NCBI GenBank assembly: GCA_030390025.1
Contig: CM059431.1
Coordinates: 123,630,001-123,694,000 of the forward strand
Direction of reading: 5' to 3'
Source of the DNA: Squalus acanthias
Taxonomy: Eukaryota
DNA: 64,000 nucleotides
The position numbers and the translations under genes were made by a program. Positions 27,381 through 40,444 of the stretch are shown piece after piece. The first letter of the stretch is position 1. Every line of letters starts with the position of its first letter. The notes under the pieces were generated by a model. The model was not told where the DNA came from. It ran no database searches and saw only the letters and a program-made list of their open reading frames with translations.

Positions 27381-28189
27381 GGGGGATTTTAACCCCCAAA
27401 AATGGGTGAGTTTGGGTCAGGAGGGAAGTAAAAATGTAAAAAATCTCAAACCCAAACCCATTCCCACCTCAAACCAGCCCACTTCCGGTTTTAACAGAGG
27501 CGGGATGGGGGCAGGTCACCAACCCACTCCCAGGAGGCGGTCACTCATTTAAATATTTAAATGAGGCTGCATGCCTCAGATTTTTTGCCTGTTCCAGTTT
27601 CAATGCTCGCAGGCCAGGTTTCCCAGGCCTCGGGAAACCCGGCAGCTAAAGGAAGGCGAGGACTGCTGCATTGAACAGACAAGTGCCTTTCCAGCATGGC
27701 TTGTGGGCCAGGAGGAGGAGAAGGAGTACTTCCTTCCGCCCCCCCAAGAAAACCTGTTAACGTTTTCAGCGATCGGACCTCCCCGCCGTGATACAATGCC
27801 CTCCCGATGTCCATCCCAGCCCACGATCTCCTCCCGCCTCCCTCCGATGTCCTCCACGGGCCCCTTTTATGATCTTCTTCCCTCCTCCACCAATCTCCCA
27901 AACCCCAGCGATGTTCTCCCCATCTCCCCCCAATCTTCGGCCCCTTCCATGATGTCCACCCCGATCCCTGATCTCTCTCTCTCCCTCCTCTCTGCTTCCC
28001 GGCTATGGCCTGGTGCCTAAGGCGTACCAGCCCAACAGCCAGCCAGCCTCTCAATCTGGCTGTCTGCGGCTGGGAAATGGAGTCCAAAAATGCTAATTGG
28101 GTCCGGCCGTTAAATTCCCGACCGATCGCTAAACTACACCACCCCGCCCCCCACCGCTCCATCCCCACCTCCAAGTTAATATTGGGGCC
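27381..28189. mobile_element. Harbinger-type non-autonomous element, related to 690-1279
   Basis: Ends gggggattttaac / gttaatattggggcc; shared internal blocks. Confidence 0.5.
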
Positions 28190-29835
28190 AATGTCGCCAG
28201 CTATGACTGAATTATGCCATCTTGTGACACATGCGCTGAAGAATCAATCCACATTAAGCACAGTTCGGTCTGTGCTCTTAAGATGACCACAGCTTGAATT
28301 TTTATACATTGTGGACATTCTACGCTGGAAATGAAGGACTTGACAGAAATGAGCTATTCCTCAGCACAGCACTGCATCCACAGCATTACTGAGGTTTGCT
28401 AATGCGCATATCTCGGCGGTTTGAGTGGGGAGGGGAGGGGAATCTGGGCAAGAGGTCTACACACCCTCCTGGAAGCCGGAGGAGCACTCTTGCTCCTACT
28501 GGTGTCACAATGTAAAGAAATAAACTCAGATGAGGGGCCTTTCCTCCTATTGACCCTCCTTGCTAGTTTCAGCCTGTCGGAAAAGCTGCAGCCGCTTTCC
28601 TGCTCAGGTCAGCATTACCTGGTAGTTGGGTCCCGATGCATATTTAGAGAAGCATCTTTGCGGCTTTGGACAGTTGTCCTTGGCGCCTGCAATTTAAAAT
28701 GGCTGTCGATGGGATCGGAGTGGGAGGCCAGAGGGTAATTCACCCGCACCATTTGAACTGCCCCACCCACCCCCGGCCTGGTATCCACCGGGAAGGGGGG
28801 AGGTAAAATCCTCCCCACCCATTTGTCAGTTTATATGTTCCAGGAAAGCAGCATGTAGTACTAATGTGTGCAAAATAGGGCCTTATTGAACAATGCATTA
28901 AGTATGAAGTCTCACATCTTTATTGTGCACTTCTTGCAATCAGTCAACCTGAAGGTCTACTTTTACATGCTTCCCTTGCACATCTTCTCTCTAAGATGCT
29001 TATTGTGTTCCTCCAGTGATCCAGACATCAGACTCATTGATAATTTATTGCCATGTTGTGCAGCCTGAGGACTGCTTGGTAAAGGAAAGGTTGCTACCTT
29101 TATAGGCTAAAATCCCCGACAGTCCTGCACCAGTCCCAAGGCCGGTCAGGAATGTAGTCAAGGGCTCACAGATGTCCAAGTCAGACATTTCCCCACAATT
29201 CTGTAACTGCACGGGGGTCTTAACAGCAGGAGTACTCATCATTTTATCTTTTGCTGGGACACGACTTAGAAAACAATAGGATGCTAGCAGGGATAATGAT
29301 GGGACCTACATCAGCAGAGACCTTTACGGCTACACAAGCTTATATTTACTCCCTGAGGTGCTCTACTCTGTTCCCCATTTACATCCAAAGCAGCTATATG
29401 TGCAAGCCATAAGCTTAGACCTGCTGCAGATATGCCTTCAATGACTATGCAGCTTGTAACATATCAACAAGCCCCATGGTTCTGGCCAGTTGGACTAAAT
29501 TGTTTAACATTTGTGTCATGCCCACTTCCAAAGCACCTTGGTGTTTGCTTAAACTGTGCCCAATGGAGCCAAGTCATTTTTTAGTGCCTATAAAATACTT
29601 GGGGATCCTTCAGTCCAAGAGATCCATCCTTAGGCAACACAAAAATAGCAGCAGGTGACATGTACCTCCACAGAGATTACCCTTCGTGCATTCCCTAACT
29701 TTGTGCATTACTGTCATTTGTTCGCTGATTGTAAAAGTGTTGTGCTCTTGTTGCCAAGGCGATAGGAAGTGTTCAGTGAAAGTGATAGTGGGAGTTACTG
29801 CTGCTATTCTTACTCCTGACCTCCTGTGTCAACCA

Positions 29836-30615
29836 TAAGAACATAAGAAATAGGAGCAGGAGTAGGCCATTCGGCCCCTCGAGCCTGCTCCGCTATTCAA
29901 TAAGATCATGGCTGATCTTCTACCTCAACTCCACTTTCCTGCACTATCCCCATATCCCTTGATTCCCTTAATATCCAAAAATCTATCAATCTCTGTCTTG
30001 AATATACTCAACGACAGCCTCCACAGTCCTCTGGGGTAGAAAATTCCAAAGATTCACCACCTTCAGTGAAGAAATTTCTCCTCATCTCAGTCCTAAATGG
30101 CCAACCTCTTATTCTGAGACTGTGACCCCTGGTTCTAGACTTCCCAGCCAGGGGAAACATCCTCCCTGCATCTACCCTGTCAAGCCCTGTAAGAATTTTG
30201 TATGTTTCAATGAGATCACCTCTCATTCTTCTAAACTCCAGGGAATATAGGCCTAGTCTACTCAGTCTCTCCTCATAGGACAATCCCCCCATCCCAGGAA
30301 TCAGTCTGGTGAATCTTTGTTGCACTCCCTCTATGGCAAGTATATCCTTCCTTAGGTAAGGAGACCAAAACTGTACACAATACTCCAGGTGTGGTCTCAC
30401 CAGGGCCCTATATAATTGCAGTAAGACTTCTTTACTCTTACACTCAAATCCTCTTGTAATAAAGGCCAACATACCACTTGCTTTCCTAATTGCTTGCTGT
30501 ACCTGTATGTAAACTTTCAGTGATTTGTGTACAAGGACACCCAGGTCCCTCTGAACACCAACATTTCCCAATCTCTCACCATTTAAAAAATACTCTGCTT
30601 TTCTATTTTTCTACC
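29836..30615 (-). mobile_element. CR1 LINE 3' fragment
   Basis: QRDLGVLV..LYRALVRPHLEYCVQFWSP..RGDLIETYKIL..TRGH; cataagaa repeats at the tail. Confidence 0.92.
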
Positions 30616-31246
30616 CTCTCAATGTCCAGCTAGTTTGCAATCACCTAAATAGAATCATGCCCAGCATTACCCAATTACCTGGCAGCTCCCACAATGTGTT
30701 TATTTTGCATCAGTCACCCAAGTCATTTTTTTTTAAGGAGGAAGGTAGAGTGAATGATTGACTCCTGGGAGACCATGCCGAATGACACCCTTACGCCAGC
30801 CATGGCTGGAAGGAGAATGCAGGTTCTGCAAGGCCTGTGCAGCCACCACTTTTATTAGTAAGCACAGCACTTGCATCTTGAAGCAGTGCTTCGGATGTTT
30901 GGATAGATCAAAGGGCACATTACCGTCCAGCTTTAAGCTACATCATCTCATGCCTCGTGCACCAGCTGCTTCTGGCGATGGACGTCAGTCCATAAGCTCT
31001 GTGCATTTTTTCCATGAGTCCTTGCACAAGGGTTTGTCAATTATACTGACTTTGAATTACCATTCCAGCCCCACTTGCAATTTTAACTAGATTGAAGGCT
31101 TGGATCTGGTAAAGCCTGGGTCCCTGGACAAGCATGGCGCTCAATTCATGAGCAACCCTAGTCAGAGGTGTGAGCTACTGAGTCCTTCAATTCCAATTAA
31201 ATAAATGTCACAACAATGCAACAAGAGATCAATTAGTGATTTTAAA

Positions 31247-31800
31247 GGGGGCTAAATTCGGTTGATTTGCGCCTCCCGTTAGCACCCTAAGAGGGCGCTA
31301 ACGGGCCACAAGTCAACTAGCGCCTGGGCGCGATGCCTCTAACGCCTCCTGCGAAATTCAGCGGCGGTGCCCTGCTCGCGCCCCGGCTGTAATATTTGGT
31401 GGCGCCCCCCGTCTTACCGCTGGACGTTATATCCGCCGGGATCAGGGGGCCTACCTGCGGCCGGGGCGGCGCTAGTTAAAGGGGAGGTGACGGGTGGCCA
31501 TTTTTGTTGCTGGCCGCCTGCCAACACCTGCCCCCGTTGCTGTCCCTGGCCCCCGTGAAGCCCCCCCGCGGGGTGCCGGCTGTACTCCGTGAGCCCGGCA
31601 CTCCTCTTGAGTGCCAGGCTCGTTTGCCGGCACTCCCGATCCCTGGTGGCCCAGCTGGGCACCGGGACGCGCTGCGCCAGGCCCCTCCCCTTTAATAAGA
31701 GGGACGCAGGGCGCTTCCAGTAGTGCCCTTCCTCCCTCTCGGGGCGCTACCTGGGAAAATCGGCCGCAGGGGCGCTAACTTTTTCGGGGCGCTAAAATTA
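31247..31800. mobile_element. GC-rich Harbinger-derived non-autonomous element
   Basis: 5' end ggggctaaattcggttgatttgcgcctcc is homologous to the right terminus (reverse complement) of element 36727-53152; paralog at 34593-35220. Confidence 0.7.
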
Positions 31801-32347
31801 GGGGCCGCTACCCAACTTTTATCCCAAAGTGTTTTGACCTGCTGTTCTCCATTGATCCTATCTCGTTTTCAGTTTAACTACATTCCTCCAACTTAAGAGC
31901 TGTCACCAATGACATTCTCTCCTTAAGTTCATTTAGCATTTGCTTAACGCTGCTCTCGCTAATATTATATCTTGGACACTTTCTTCTAGTTTTGAAATTA
32001 TTTTTTCAATGTTCTGCTCAACTTTTCCACTGAGGTATTGCACTTCATGATGGGAGTGATGAGGCTGCATCCTTTCAGGTGTTTTTTTTTAAAATAAGGT
32101 GTATTATTTAAGGTTTCTTTTTAATAACAAATACAGGAAATCTGAAACAAAAGGGATAAAAAAAAGTATGAAAAATTGCCTGAGGTTCAGTCAGCAGGCA
32201 TTCACCAGTTCAACCTTTGGAAAATGTTAGTATTGGGGTCCTTTATAACAAGCCAGTGACATCTTATCCATGTGCATGATTCAGAAAAAGTAACTTAATT
32301 TCATAAGGCAAAAAATAAGTTCTGGTTTAAGGATTACAAAATCATTG

Positions 32348-33108
32348 TGGCCTAGAAATTCACGTGGCCGGCTTGCCGCGGGGGTAAGGATCGCGCGTGC
32401 TCTTACCCACCGCACCTGCCATTGTGTTTTGGGCCCACAGGAACTTCGGGTCCTGGGCCTCTCCCAAGAGCCGGTGCGCAGTGCTTGCGTGTTCCAGGGG
32501 CGCAGTTAGTGCGATGCGACCCCTGGGATCACGTGGGCCATGGAGAGCCAATGGCAGCAGACCATCTTTCATTCATAGATTTGACAGGAGACCTGTCAAA
32601 TCTGTGAATTGAAATCGGCCCCAAAAGAACAGCTAAACTTAAAATAAATTTAAAAAAACCATCACATTTATAAAATAACTATAGTTAAATAAATTAACCA
32701 CTTTAAACAAAAAATTTAATTTTTGAAAAAATTAAAATACTTTTTAAAAGTTATAAAAATAAACTTACCTTTCTTTAAAGTATCTAAAAAAGATAAAGCT
32801 GTTGAAAAAATTTAAAATTATACTTAATTAACCACTTACCTTGTTCAAAAGGGGTCTTACGCCTCCTTTTTATTAGTGTAGAATCTTCAATACTTACCCT
32901 CGCGTAGAAACCTGAAAAAAAATCTAAGTTTGCTGCGTGCGCGCAGCCTCTACTGCGCACGTGGTTCACCTAGGAACCGCCCCCTTCACCATACCGGAAG
33001 TTCCGGTTTCCCGCGCATGCGCAGTGCATGCAGGAAACCGGCACTTCGGAAAGCAATACGGGTGAGTACGCACTGAGTACTCACCGGGAAGGGCCGAATT
33101 TTGGGCCA
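32348..33108. mobile_element. Harbinger-type MITE, copy 2
   Basis: TIRs tggcctagaaattc / gaattttgggcca; colinear with 19121-19887. Confidence 0.85.
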
Positions 33109-34592
33109 CTATCTCTCTTAATTTACATCTGTTTTGAGTCCCAATGATGTCTTTTTTTAATCTTCCTATGTCAATAGCTTAACTACTCTTTCACCCTCAT
33201 TAATAATGCCTTCCATGAAGGGAATGGAAAGCCTTGTGAACCAATAAGGTAGCATACTTGCACGTAAAAGTCAGAAGAATATAGACAAATGTTTTCAGCT
33301 CTGATGGTTTATCTCAATCCTTTCCAACAATGGGAGATTTTGGCTGGGATAATATAAATAAGTTATGGCTGTAAGTAACTCTCAAGCATTTCATGGCCAA
33401 TAAATGGGAGAAATTGGTCCATAACTGATTTACAGCAGGTTGGACAAAAGCTGGCTTTGCATGTTCTCCAATTAACTCTAGTCTGATACTGCTGGGGAAG
33501 CCTACTATTTGTCCCTATGGTGAACCTTTTGAGGTCAAGAATTCACTGTTAAGGAAGAACTTAGCTATCTCTCTGGGTTAAACAGGAACAATACTACTTC
33601 CCTCGCCTATATGGACAATGCATGTGTAAAGTTGGCAGCACATTCCCGTCCTTTTCTCCATATCTAGATTTCTCCTCAAATGTATTGTCAAAATGTATGT
33701 AATATAGTACTACAATCATGGTGGCTCCCGTCTATTGGATTGTATGTTTTTGCAGGAAATAAAAAACATTGTTTGTCACACAAATTAATTGATATCAGTG
33801 AGAAGAGGTTCAATAGTTCTTGGCCAAATCATTAGACTAACCATGAGCTACATCAAAAGTGGGTATAATCAAAAGAGGGATTGACCATATTGCCCACACA
33901 AATTGATTGTCAAGGAGCACTATTAACAGCAATCATAATACAGACCATTTTGCTCTTCTGTAAATTAATTTGAGTTAGCACTATGGAAAAACTTTCATTT
34001 GATTCATGCAGCACTTAATCTATTAGATTCATGAACTGATGAATGTTCCATTCCCAAGCAGTACCTAACAATAACCCTCATAATGAAGATTTGTTTAAAA
34101 ATCACCAAAAGAACTTAAGAAAACTACCACTTCTTTTTTGGGGGGACTTTTAGCTGATGCCCTATTGCTGGACTAAACATTAACTTCCTTTGATAATCTA
34201 ATGGAGCAAATGGAAGTCTAATCCCCAGTAGCGAAATGGAAGGGAATGCATTCCTTTCATTTCTGGCAGGCAGCTTCTCACTTCAAAGAGCACCCTGGTT
34301 TCGGAGTATGTGGCAAGATAAGATAAGTCCATCTCCACCACCTGTCCCTGTGAGGCTGGCACCAGGAAGAAGCAGATAACCACAGAAATACCAAGAGAGA
34401 AACATGAGGGAAATAAATCAGACAGGAGAATGCCAAACATGCCAATTTTGTTGAGGGAGGGCACAGTGGCAAATTAAACACAGGAACAGGTGATATAAAA
34501 ATGCTACAGAAAAACAGTTTTTCATCAGACTGCCTGTACTTTGTATTTTGAGGTCAAAATCCTGCAAAATTTGAGAATCCCTACCAGACCAA

Positions 34593-35220
34593 GGGGGGTA
34601 AATTCGATTGATTTGCGCCTCCCATTAGCGCCCTAAGAGGGTGCTAACGGGGCGCAAAGCAACAAGCGCCTGGGTGCGGTGCCGCTAACGCCTCCCGCGA
34701 AATTCAGCGAGAGGTTAGCGGCGGCGGTAACCATTAGCGCCCTGCAACGCTGCGCCTCCGGTAATGACATCATCGCCGTGCACAGCACCCCGCTTGCGCC
34801 CAGGCCGCGATCTTTGGTAGCGCCCCCTGATTTACTGACGGACGCTATGTCTGACAGGGTCAGGGGGGCCTACCTGTGGCCGGGGTGGCGCAAATTAAAG
34901 GGGAGATGCCGGGCGGCCATTTTTGTTGCTGGCCGACTGCCAGCACCTGCCCCCGTTGCTGTCCCCGGCCTCCTGTGCAGCCCCCCCGCGGGGGAGTCGG
35001 CTGCGCTCTGTGAGCCCAGCACTTCCCTTGAGTGCCGGGCTCTTTTGCCGGCACTCCGATCCCTGGTGGCCTAGCTGGGCCCCGGGTCACGCTGCGCTAG
35101 GCCCCTGCAGTACCGCTGCACGTAACGCCGCGATAGTCACTCGCAATGCCCCAAGAGGGAGGCGGGGCGCTTCCAATGAATTTTGGGCGCGGGGGCGCTA
35201 ACTTTTTCAGGGCGCTAAAA
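34593..35220. mobile_element. GC-rich Harbinger-derived non-autonomous element
   Basis: Colinear with 31247-31800; multiple tagcgcc/ggcgcta subterminal motifs. Confidence 0.7.
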
Positions 35221-36029
35221 GTAGTGCAGGAAATGGTACAGAAATGCCAGCCACACACCAAGGAGAAATCAGTGAACATCAGGACTTTACTCAAGGTTAT
35301 AGGAAATGGCCCAGATTGCAGGAAGAACTGATGGAGACAAAAAAGGCAGTAACTCTGAAATTTCTGGAATCTTTTTCAGTCCCGGGCCTCATTTAAATGC
35401 TGCAGCACTGTCTCCTGCCTGAAACCGACAGGAGTGATATCAGGGCTGGCGGGCGGGGGTAGAAATTGAAGCTCGGGACCAAAGGGAACGGTCCCAGTCA
35501 TGAAGTTTGTACGGGGGAGGAAGGTTCTCTGGGGTGCCGAAGCTGGGCAGGAGAGATAAGGCCTGGGCTGGGGAGAGGGGCGGTGGGGTCCAAGGAATCC
35601 CTGCAGGGCACAGGGTGCACTCCTGCTCCTCCTGGCCCACATGGATTCCTCAGAAAAGTAACATTTTTATCCTTGCCTTGGCCACTTCACAGTCTCCTGC
35701 TAGGTCTTGCTGTCAGGTCTGGTGATGTAGGAGCCTCCCTAGATTTTTCATTAAAAGGGATTTGCGGTGCTGATGATGTCATCATGCCGCGACCTTTCCT
35801 TGTAAAGTAGGCCACCACCTGCCTGAGGCAGACAGACCTCCCATTCCTGATCTGAGGTCAGCTGAGATGTTGGGGAGGCAGGAACACATCGGGAAGGAGG
35901 CGCAACTGCCCCCTCATCTTAACCCCATGCACAGCAATCCCGCCTGGTGGACAGGGTTTAAATAGACCTCAATATTCTAATGTATCCTAAATCAATGATT
36001 TGTATATCTTTGCTTTTGTATGGTAAACA

Positions 36030-36680
36030 TAGTTGTAAAACCTAGGATCCCATATGCTTTTTTGCAGCTTTATCAAATGTCTTTCCACTTTTTAAAATTT
36101 GCCTATCGGAACTTCTAATTTAATATGCTCTTATCCTTTTAAAGTTTACCATTTAATGTCCTCTCCTTGTTTATTCTCCCAAAATATATCACCTTGCATT
36201 TTTCTACATTATTTCTCATCTGACATTTATTTGCCCAATCGAATAACCTGTCCATGAACCCCAGAAGTTGTTTACAGTCCTGTTCACACCCTATTTTTTT
36301 GTTGCCTGCAAATTTTGTGCCTCCATTCACATTCAAAGCATTTATAATTAAAAGAGCAATGGTCCCGACACTGACCATTGGAGTACACCACTGTTTTCAT
36401 GTTTCTGTATAGAATCATAGAAATTTACGGCACAGAAGCAGGCCATTTGGCTCATCATGTCTGTGCCAGCTGAGAAAGAGCTATCCAGCCTAATCCCACT
36501 TTCCAGCTCTTGGTACATAGCCTTGCAGGTTACAGTACTTCAAGTGCATATCCAAGTATTTTAAATGTGATGAGGGTTTTTGTCTCTACCACCCGTTCAG
36601 GCAGTGAGTTCCAGACCCCCACTACCCTCTGGGTGAAAAAAGTTCTCCTATACTCCCTCTCTAATCCTTCCACCAATTAC
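36030..36680 (-). mobile_element. Two CR1 fragments (old RT piece ~36030-36400; 3' end ~36409-36680)
   Basis: KFAG..WANKCQM..EKCKVIYFG remnant; tagaatcatagaa tail and ggcacagaa..aggccatt motif. Confidence 0.7.
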
Positions 36681-37088
36681 TGTATGTAGATATAGCATTT
36701 ACCTACTGCTCACCAATAAAATCCTTGGGAGAGAAATTCGGTATTGCCCCGTTTGGGGGGCAATTATCGGCCGGGCGCAAAGTTTAGCGCCTGGAGTTAA
36801 TTATCGCCTCCGGCTGCAAACTTGGCCTCTATCGCCCCTGGAGGTGATTTGAGCGCTAAATCACGGCGCTACACACCTCTCTTAAGGCGCTAACGCCGAG
36901 GAGCGAGGCACTACCTCAGAGCGCTGCCGAAGCTCAGGTGATGTCAGTTAGCTATGGAACACTGACAGACTGGCGCCGGCCAGATCTTAAAGGGGAGGGT
37001 CGATCTTGCTCTCCAGCCACACCCTGCTCATTGCAGCCTTGAATCTTAGCCTGGACAGACCTGTACATCAATTCTGCTGCAAAGAACA

Positions 37089-38580
37089 ATGGAGAGACCC
37101 AGGGAAAGAGCTCAGCACTTCAGCGACTTGGCCTTGGTGGCTCTGGTTGATGCAGTGGAGCGCTGAAGGGCAGTACTCTACCCACAGAGTGGCAGGAGGC
37201 CATTGCCACACGAATATAGAAGAGTGTGGAGAGAGGTGGCTCAGCACATCTCCTCCAGGAGCATGGTGCCCAGGACCCACACCCAATGCCGGAAGAAGTT
37301 CAACGACCTCACTTGGGTGGTCAGGGTGAGTGGCTGCGTTTCAATACCTCTGCATCCCTCCATCTCAACTTCACTCTGTGCCCAGAAGGTTTAAAAACCC
37401 CAAATGCCCAACACTCATCCAAGACCTATGGCCATCTCATAAAACACACTTGCACATTCCACACCTTGCATACATTAAGGGCTATTCAACTATGGGAGGC
37501 ACATCAGGCAAGCACATGGCTGCATACATTAACGGTTATTCAACTATGGGAGGCACATCAGGCAAGCACATGGCTGCACATTTACTCAGACGCCGTCCTT
37601 TTTCTTGCAGGCCAAGCTATCTTATAACAGGCACCAGCAGCAACGCACGGGTGGAGGACCTGCTCAGCTGCAGACCCTCAGCAATTTGGAGGCGCGCATG
37701 CACAGAATCGTTGCCAGCCAGGTGATAGGTGCCGTGGCCTCTGGAGAGGTCGAGCCCCTTAGGGACAGCAATGGTATGTTCATCAGCTTTCTCTCCTCTC
37801 TCATTCCACTTGCCCCTTACAACACCAGCCTTTTACACTTTCAATCCAACTTACTAACTCTCTCCAGTCCTTGCTCCCTTCCTGCCCCCCTGTCCTGACG
37901 CTAAAGCCACTCTTGTACCTTCCTGCTTTCAGATAGTGAACCACCAGCTGACCAGCCTGTCCCTCAGCCAACCAGTGGGAGCAACACCCCAGGCGAGGAG
38001 GAAGAGGAAGCCAGAGCCTCAGCACCTGCGTCTCCCGAGGGAGCCCATGCCCAAACTGGGACCATGCCTTCCCTGGAGGGGAGCAGGGGGGAAGGGTCTG
38101 ATGAGGACGAAGCTCCGGGACCCAGCGAGCTACAGCAACGTCATGGGGGTAGGGAAGCTCGGGGGCCTTCTCCCCGGAGGGCGAGTAGGCAAGCGAGTCC
38201 TGCTGCGCTGGACGCAGAGGAGGAGCACGTCATCGCAGAAATGAATAGCCAGGCCTTGAGCATGCACACTGAGCTTATGGGTGCAATGGCAAGGGTGCCC
38301 AAAAGCATTGATGGACTGGCAAGGAGTGTGCAACACAGCCAGCCCAGACTGCTGCCACCCATGCAGAGTTGGTGCAGTCTGCAGCCGGTCCCTCCAGACC
38401 TAGAGCTGGTTGAGGGTGTCCTTCAAGGGCATCTGTAGTCTCAGCATCTGACATTCAGCAGCCTTCCACCAGCCTTGCTGCAGCCACTTCAGCTCCATTA
38501 CGGAGGAGCAGTTGGGTAGGAAGGGGGGAAGTGCGCAGGGGATGGAGATCACCCTCGAAGGGCAAACAGTAGGAGGTCTA
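37089..38580 (+). pseudogene. Harbinger Myb/SANT-like DNA-binding protein gene (3 exons, inactivated)
   Basis: MERPRERAQHFSD..LVDAVER*..WREVAQ..RTHTQCRKKFNDL|gtgagt; exon 2 cag|AKLSYNRHQQQRTGGGP; acidic exon 3; in-frame stop. Confidence 0.8.
37467..37574 (+). repeat. 54-bp tandem duplication in intron 1 of the Myb/SANT gene
   Basis: tgcatacattaa.gg.tattcaactatgggaggcacatcaggcaagcacatggc x2. Confidence 0.9.
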
Positions 38581-38789
38581 AATAAATGGTGGGAATGTTT
38601 GTAGTAAAGGTCGAGGTTCATCCGATTACATTTTTTTACTGTTTTGGCGTTTTTCTCCAGCTTGTGAGAACCAGTACTGTTAATTCATGATTTGATGTTT
38701 TTGTTTCTAATTGTTTGTTCTGAATAAATGACACACACAGAGTTTGTTAAATAAAAAAGTTGTTGTATTCAAAATTTACATTTTTTGCC

Positions 38790-39003
38790 TTTGGAATCAT
38801 TCCAGATTTGGCCGGCAATAGGGGGTGCGGGTTGCTTTCCATGATGTTGTTCTCCATGCCAGAAGCCATCTTCTGAGTAGGGGCCTAGAAGCGGCTTGTT
38901 ATCAGCCGTTGACGGACGGCCCTTGCAGTGGCAACATTGTGTGCCTCCCTCCTACCTTGGTGCTGCTGCTGATCATCCTCCTCATCCTCCTTCTCCTCTT
39001 CCT
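38790..39003 (-). pseudogene. Displaced C-terminal acidic tail of the Harbinger transposase
   Basis: Continues ..PPEEEEE from 51656 as EEEKEDEEDDQQQHQGRR, matching the paralog 55065-55628 (PPQEVGEEEEEDDDEENDEEQERGRR). Confidence 0.7.
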
Positions 39004-39571
39004 TGTAGAATTCGCAATATATCGCGATTTTATTAATAAGGAGAAAACACATAGTTTCGTTCAAACAGCTTTTATTTCAGCAGAATGCTGGCAGGTTTAA
39101 AGTGGACACAAGCAGCCTGTAAAAATGGCCGCCGCACCTCGTGACAGAACATTCTAGACTTTTCAACAGGCAGACAAGATGGCGTTCCAATAAACATTTG
39201 TGCAAGATCGATTAAGAGTCAGCACAGTGAAGATAATACACGAGACATTATGGGTTTGCAGTATACACATAGATACTGAAATCGGTCTCCCAGGTGCAAA
39301 GGAAAGCCATTGTACCGAGTAATCAAGGGCCCATCCAAAAGACATTAATATGTAAAATCCCAACGACTCTACGATGAGAGAGCCGTTAGCAGGTAGTTAT
39401 ACAGGACACTTGGAAGCCCCAAAACCCCTCCAGGGAGATTACCGACCGATTTAACAATGGGAGAAATATTAACAGGTACTCAGACATTTACGAGTAGCCC
39501 CGAAACCCATTAAGAACGGAGATCACCCATACAAGACATTTGAGCGCCAGACCTTAAACAAAAGAATGGAC

Positions 39572-39660
39572 ATTATAGTTGGGCGGGAAACGGAAGATTT
39601 TGCACTATAATTGCAGGCTCCAAACCGTCCATCTTTCTCTTGCTGCTCTTATCATCGTGG
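39572..39660 (+). promoter_or_regulatory. Putative LTR core promoter: GC box, ETS-like CGGAAG, TATAAT, pyrimidine-rich start region
   Basis: gggcggg 39581-39587, cggaag 39591-39596, TATAAT 39606-39611; same TATAAT plus pyrimidine tract layout in LTR 1-681. YY1-like AAAATGGCCGCC / CAAGATGGCG upstream (39122, 39175). Confidence 0.6.
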
Positions 39661-40156
39661 CTGCTCCTGTGTACTCGTAGTTGGGCTTCTGCTTGCCTGT
39701 TGCCTCTTCTGAAAAGACTGTTGAACTTTCTGATCCGTTCGGATCTACCTCGTGTCGCGTAACGAAGACCTATATTGGTAACCGGTATCGGAACCAAAAA
39801 GGCCCGAGAAGAGATGAGATGAGATGAGATGAGAAGAGAGGAAGACCATATCCATCGCCACGGTCAGTAAATCCCGACTGCGCCTGTAGGTCGATTAGCC
39901 AAGTTTTCCTCGCCAGGAAGACTTCTTCGAACTTATAACGAAACATATCGTATCGATGATATCGACAACTGTGCTCGAAAAGTACCTGTTAAACCAACCA
40001 ACACAGGTCTTCATCACAGCAGACGTTCCAGCCTGCTAGCCGGAGCAGCAGAAGCAAGTAAACAAGTGGGACCAGGAGATCTCCTGACCGACACGTGGGT
40101 GCTGCGGTGAAAAACATCCGATCAGCTATTCGGAATTTCTCCGAGTTATCACGAGT

Positions 40157-40165
40157 GGTGAGCAT
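40157..40165 (+). promoter_or_regulatory. Putative major splice donor within LTR R region
   Basis: G|GTGAGCAT conserved in all four LTR copies in the window (358, 40158, 51187, 63398 minus). Confidence 0.6.
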
Positions 40166-40370
40166 GAGTCTCGAAATCCTACGAATCTAGTTTAGGATAG
40201 ATATTGATAGGGGAGGGTTTAAGGATTAAGGATATTTGTAATGTGTGCCCCTATTTACTTTGTGCCGTTCATTCCTCGTTTCCCTAAGATCGACTATATA
40301 ACTGTTTGTAAGATTGTACTGTCATTAATCTGTGCTTATGACATGTATTTCATAATCTTAAGTATCATGC

Positions 40371-40376
40371 AATAAA
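40371..40376 (+). terminator. Polyadenylation signal AATAAA (functional copy expected at 51400-51405)
   Basis: Positionally conserved in the second LTR family (526-531). Confidence 0.7.
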
Positions 40377-40444
40377 GATTTTCCATTTCGTACCATTCAA
40401 ACCGAGTCTACATGAGTTTCATCTCCATTACTGCTCTCGCATCT

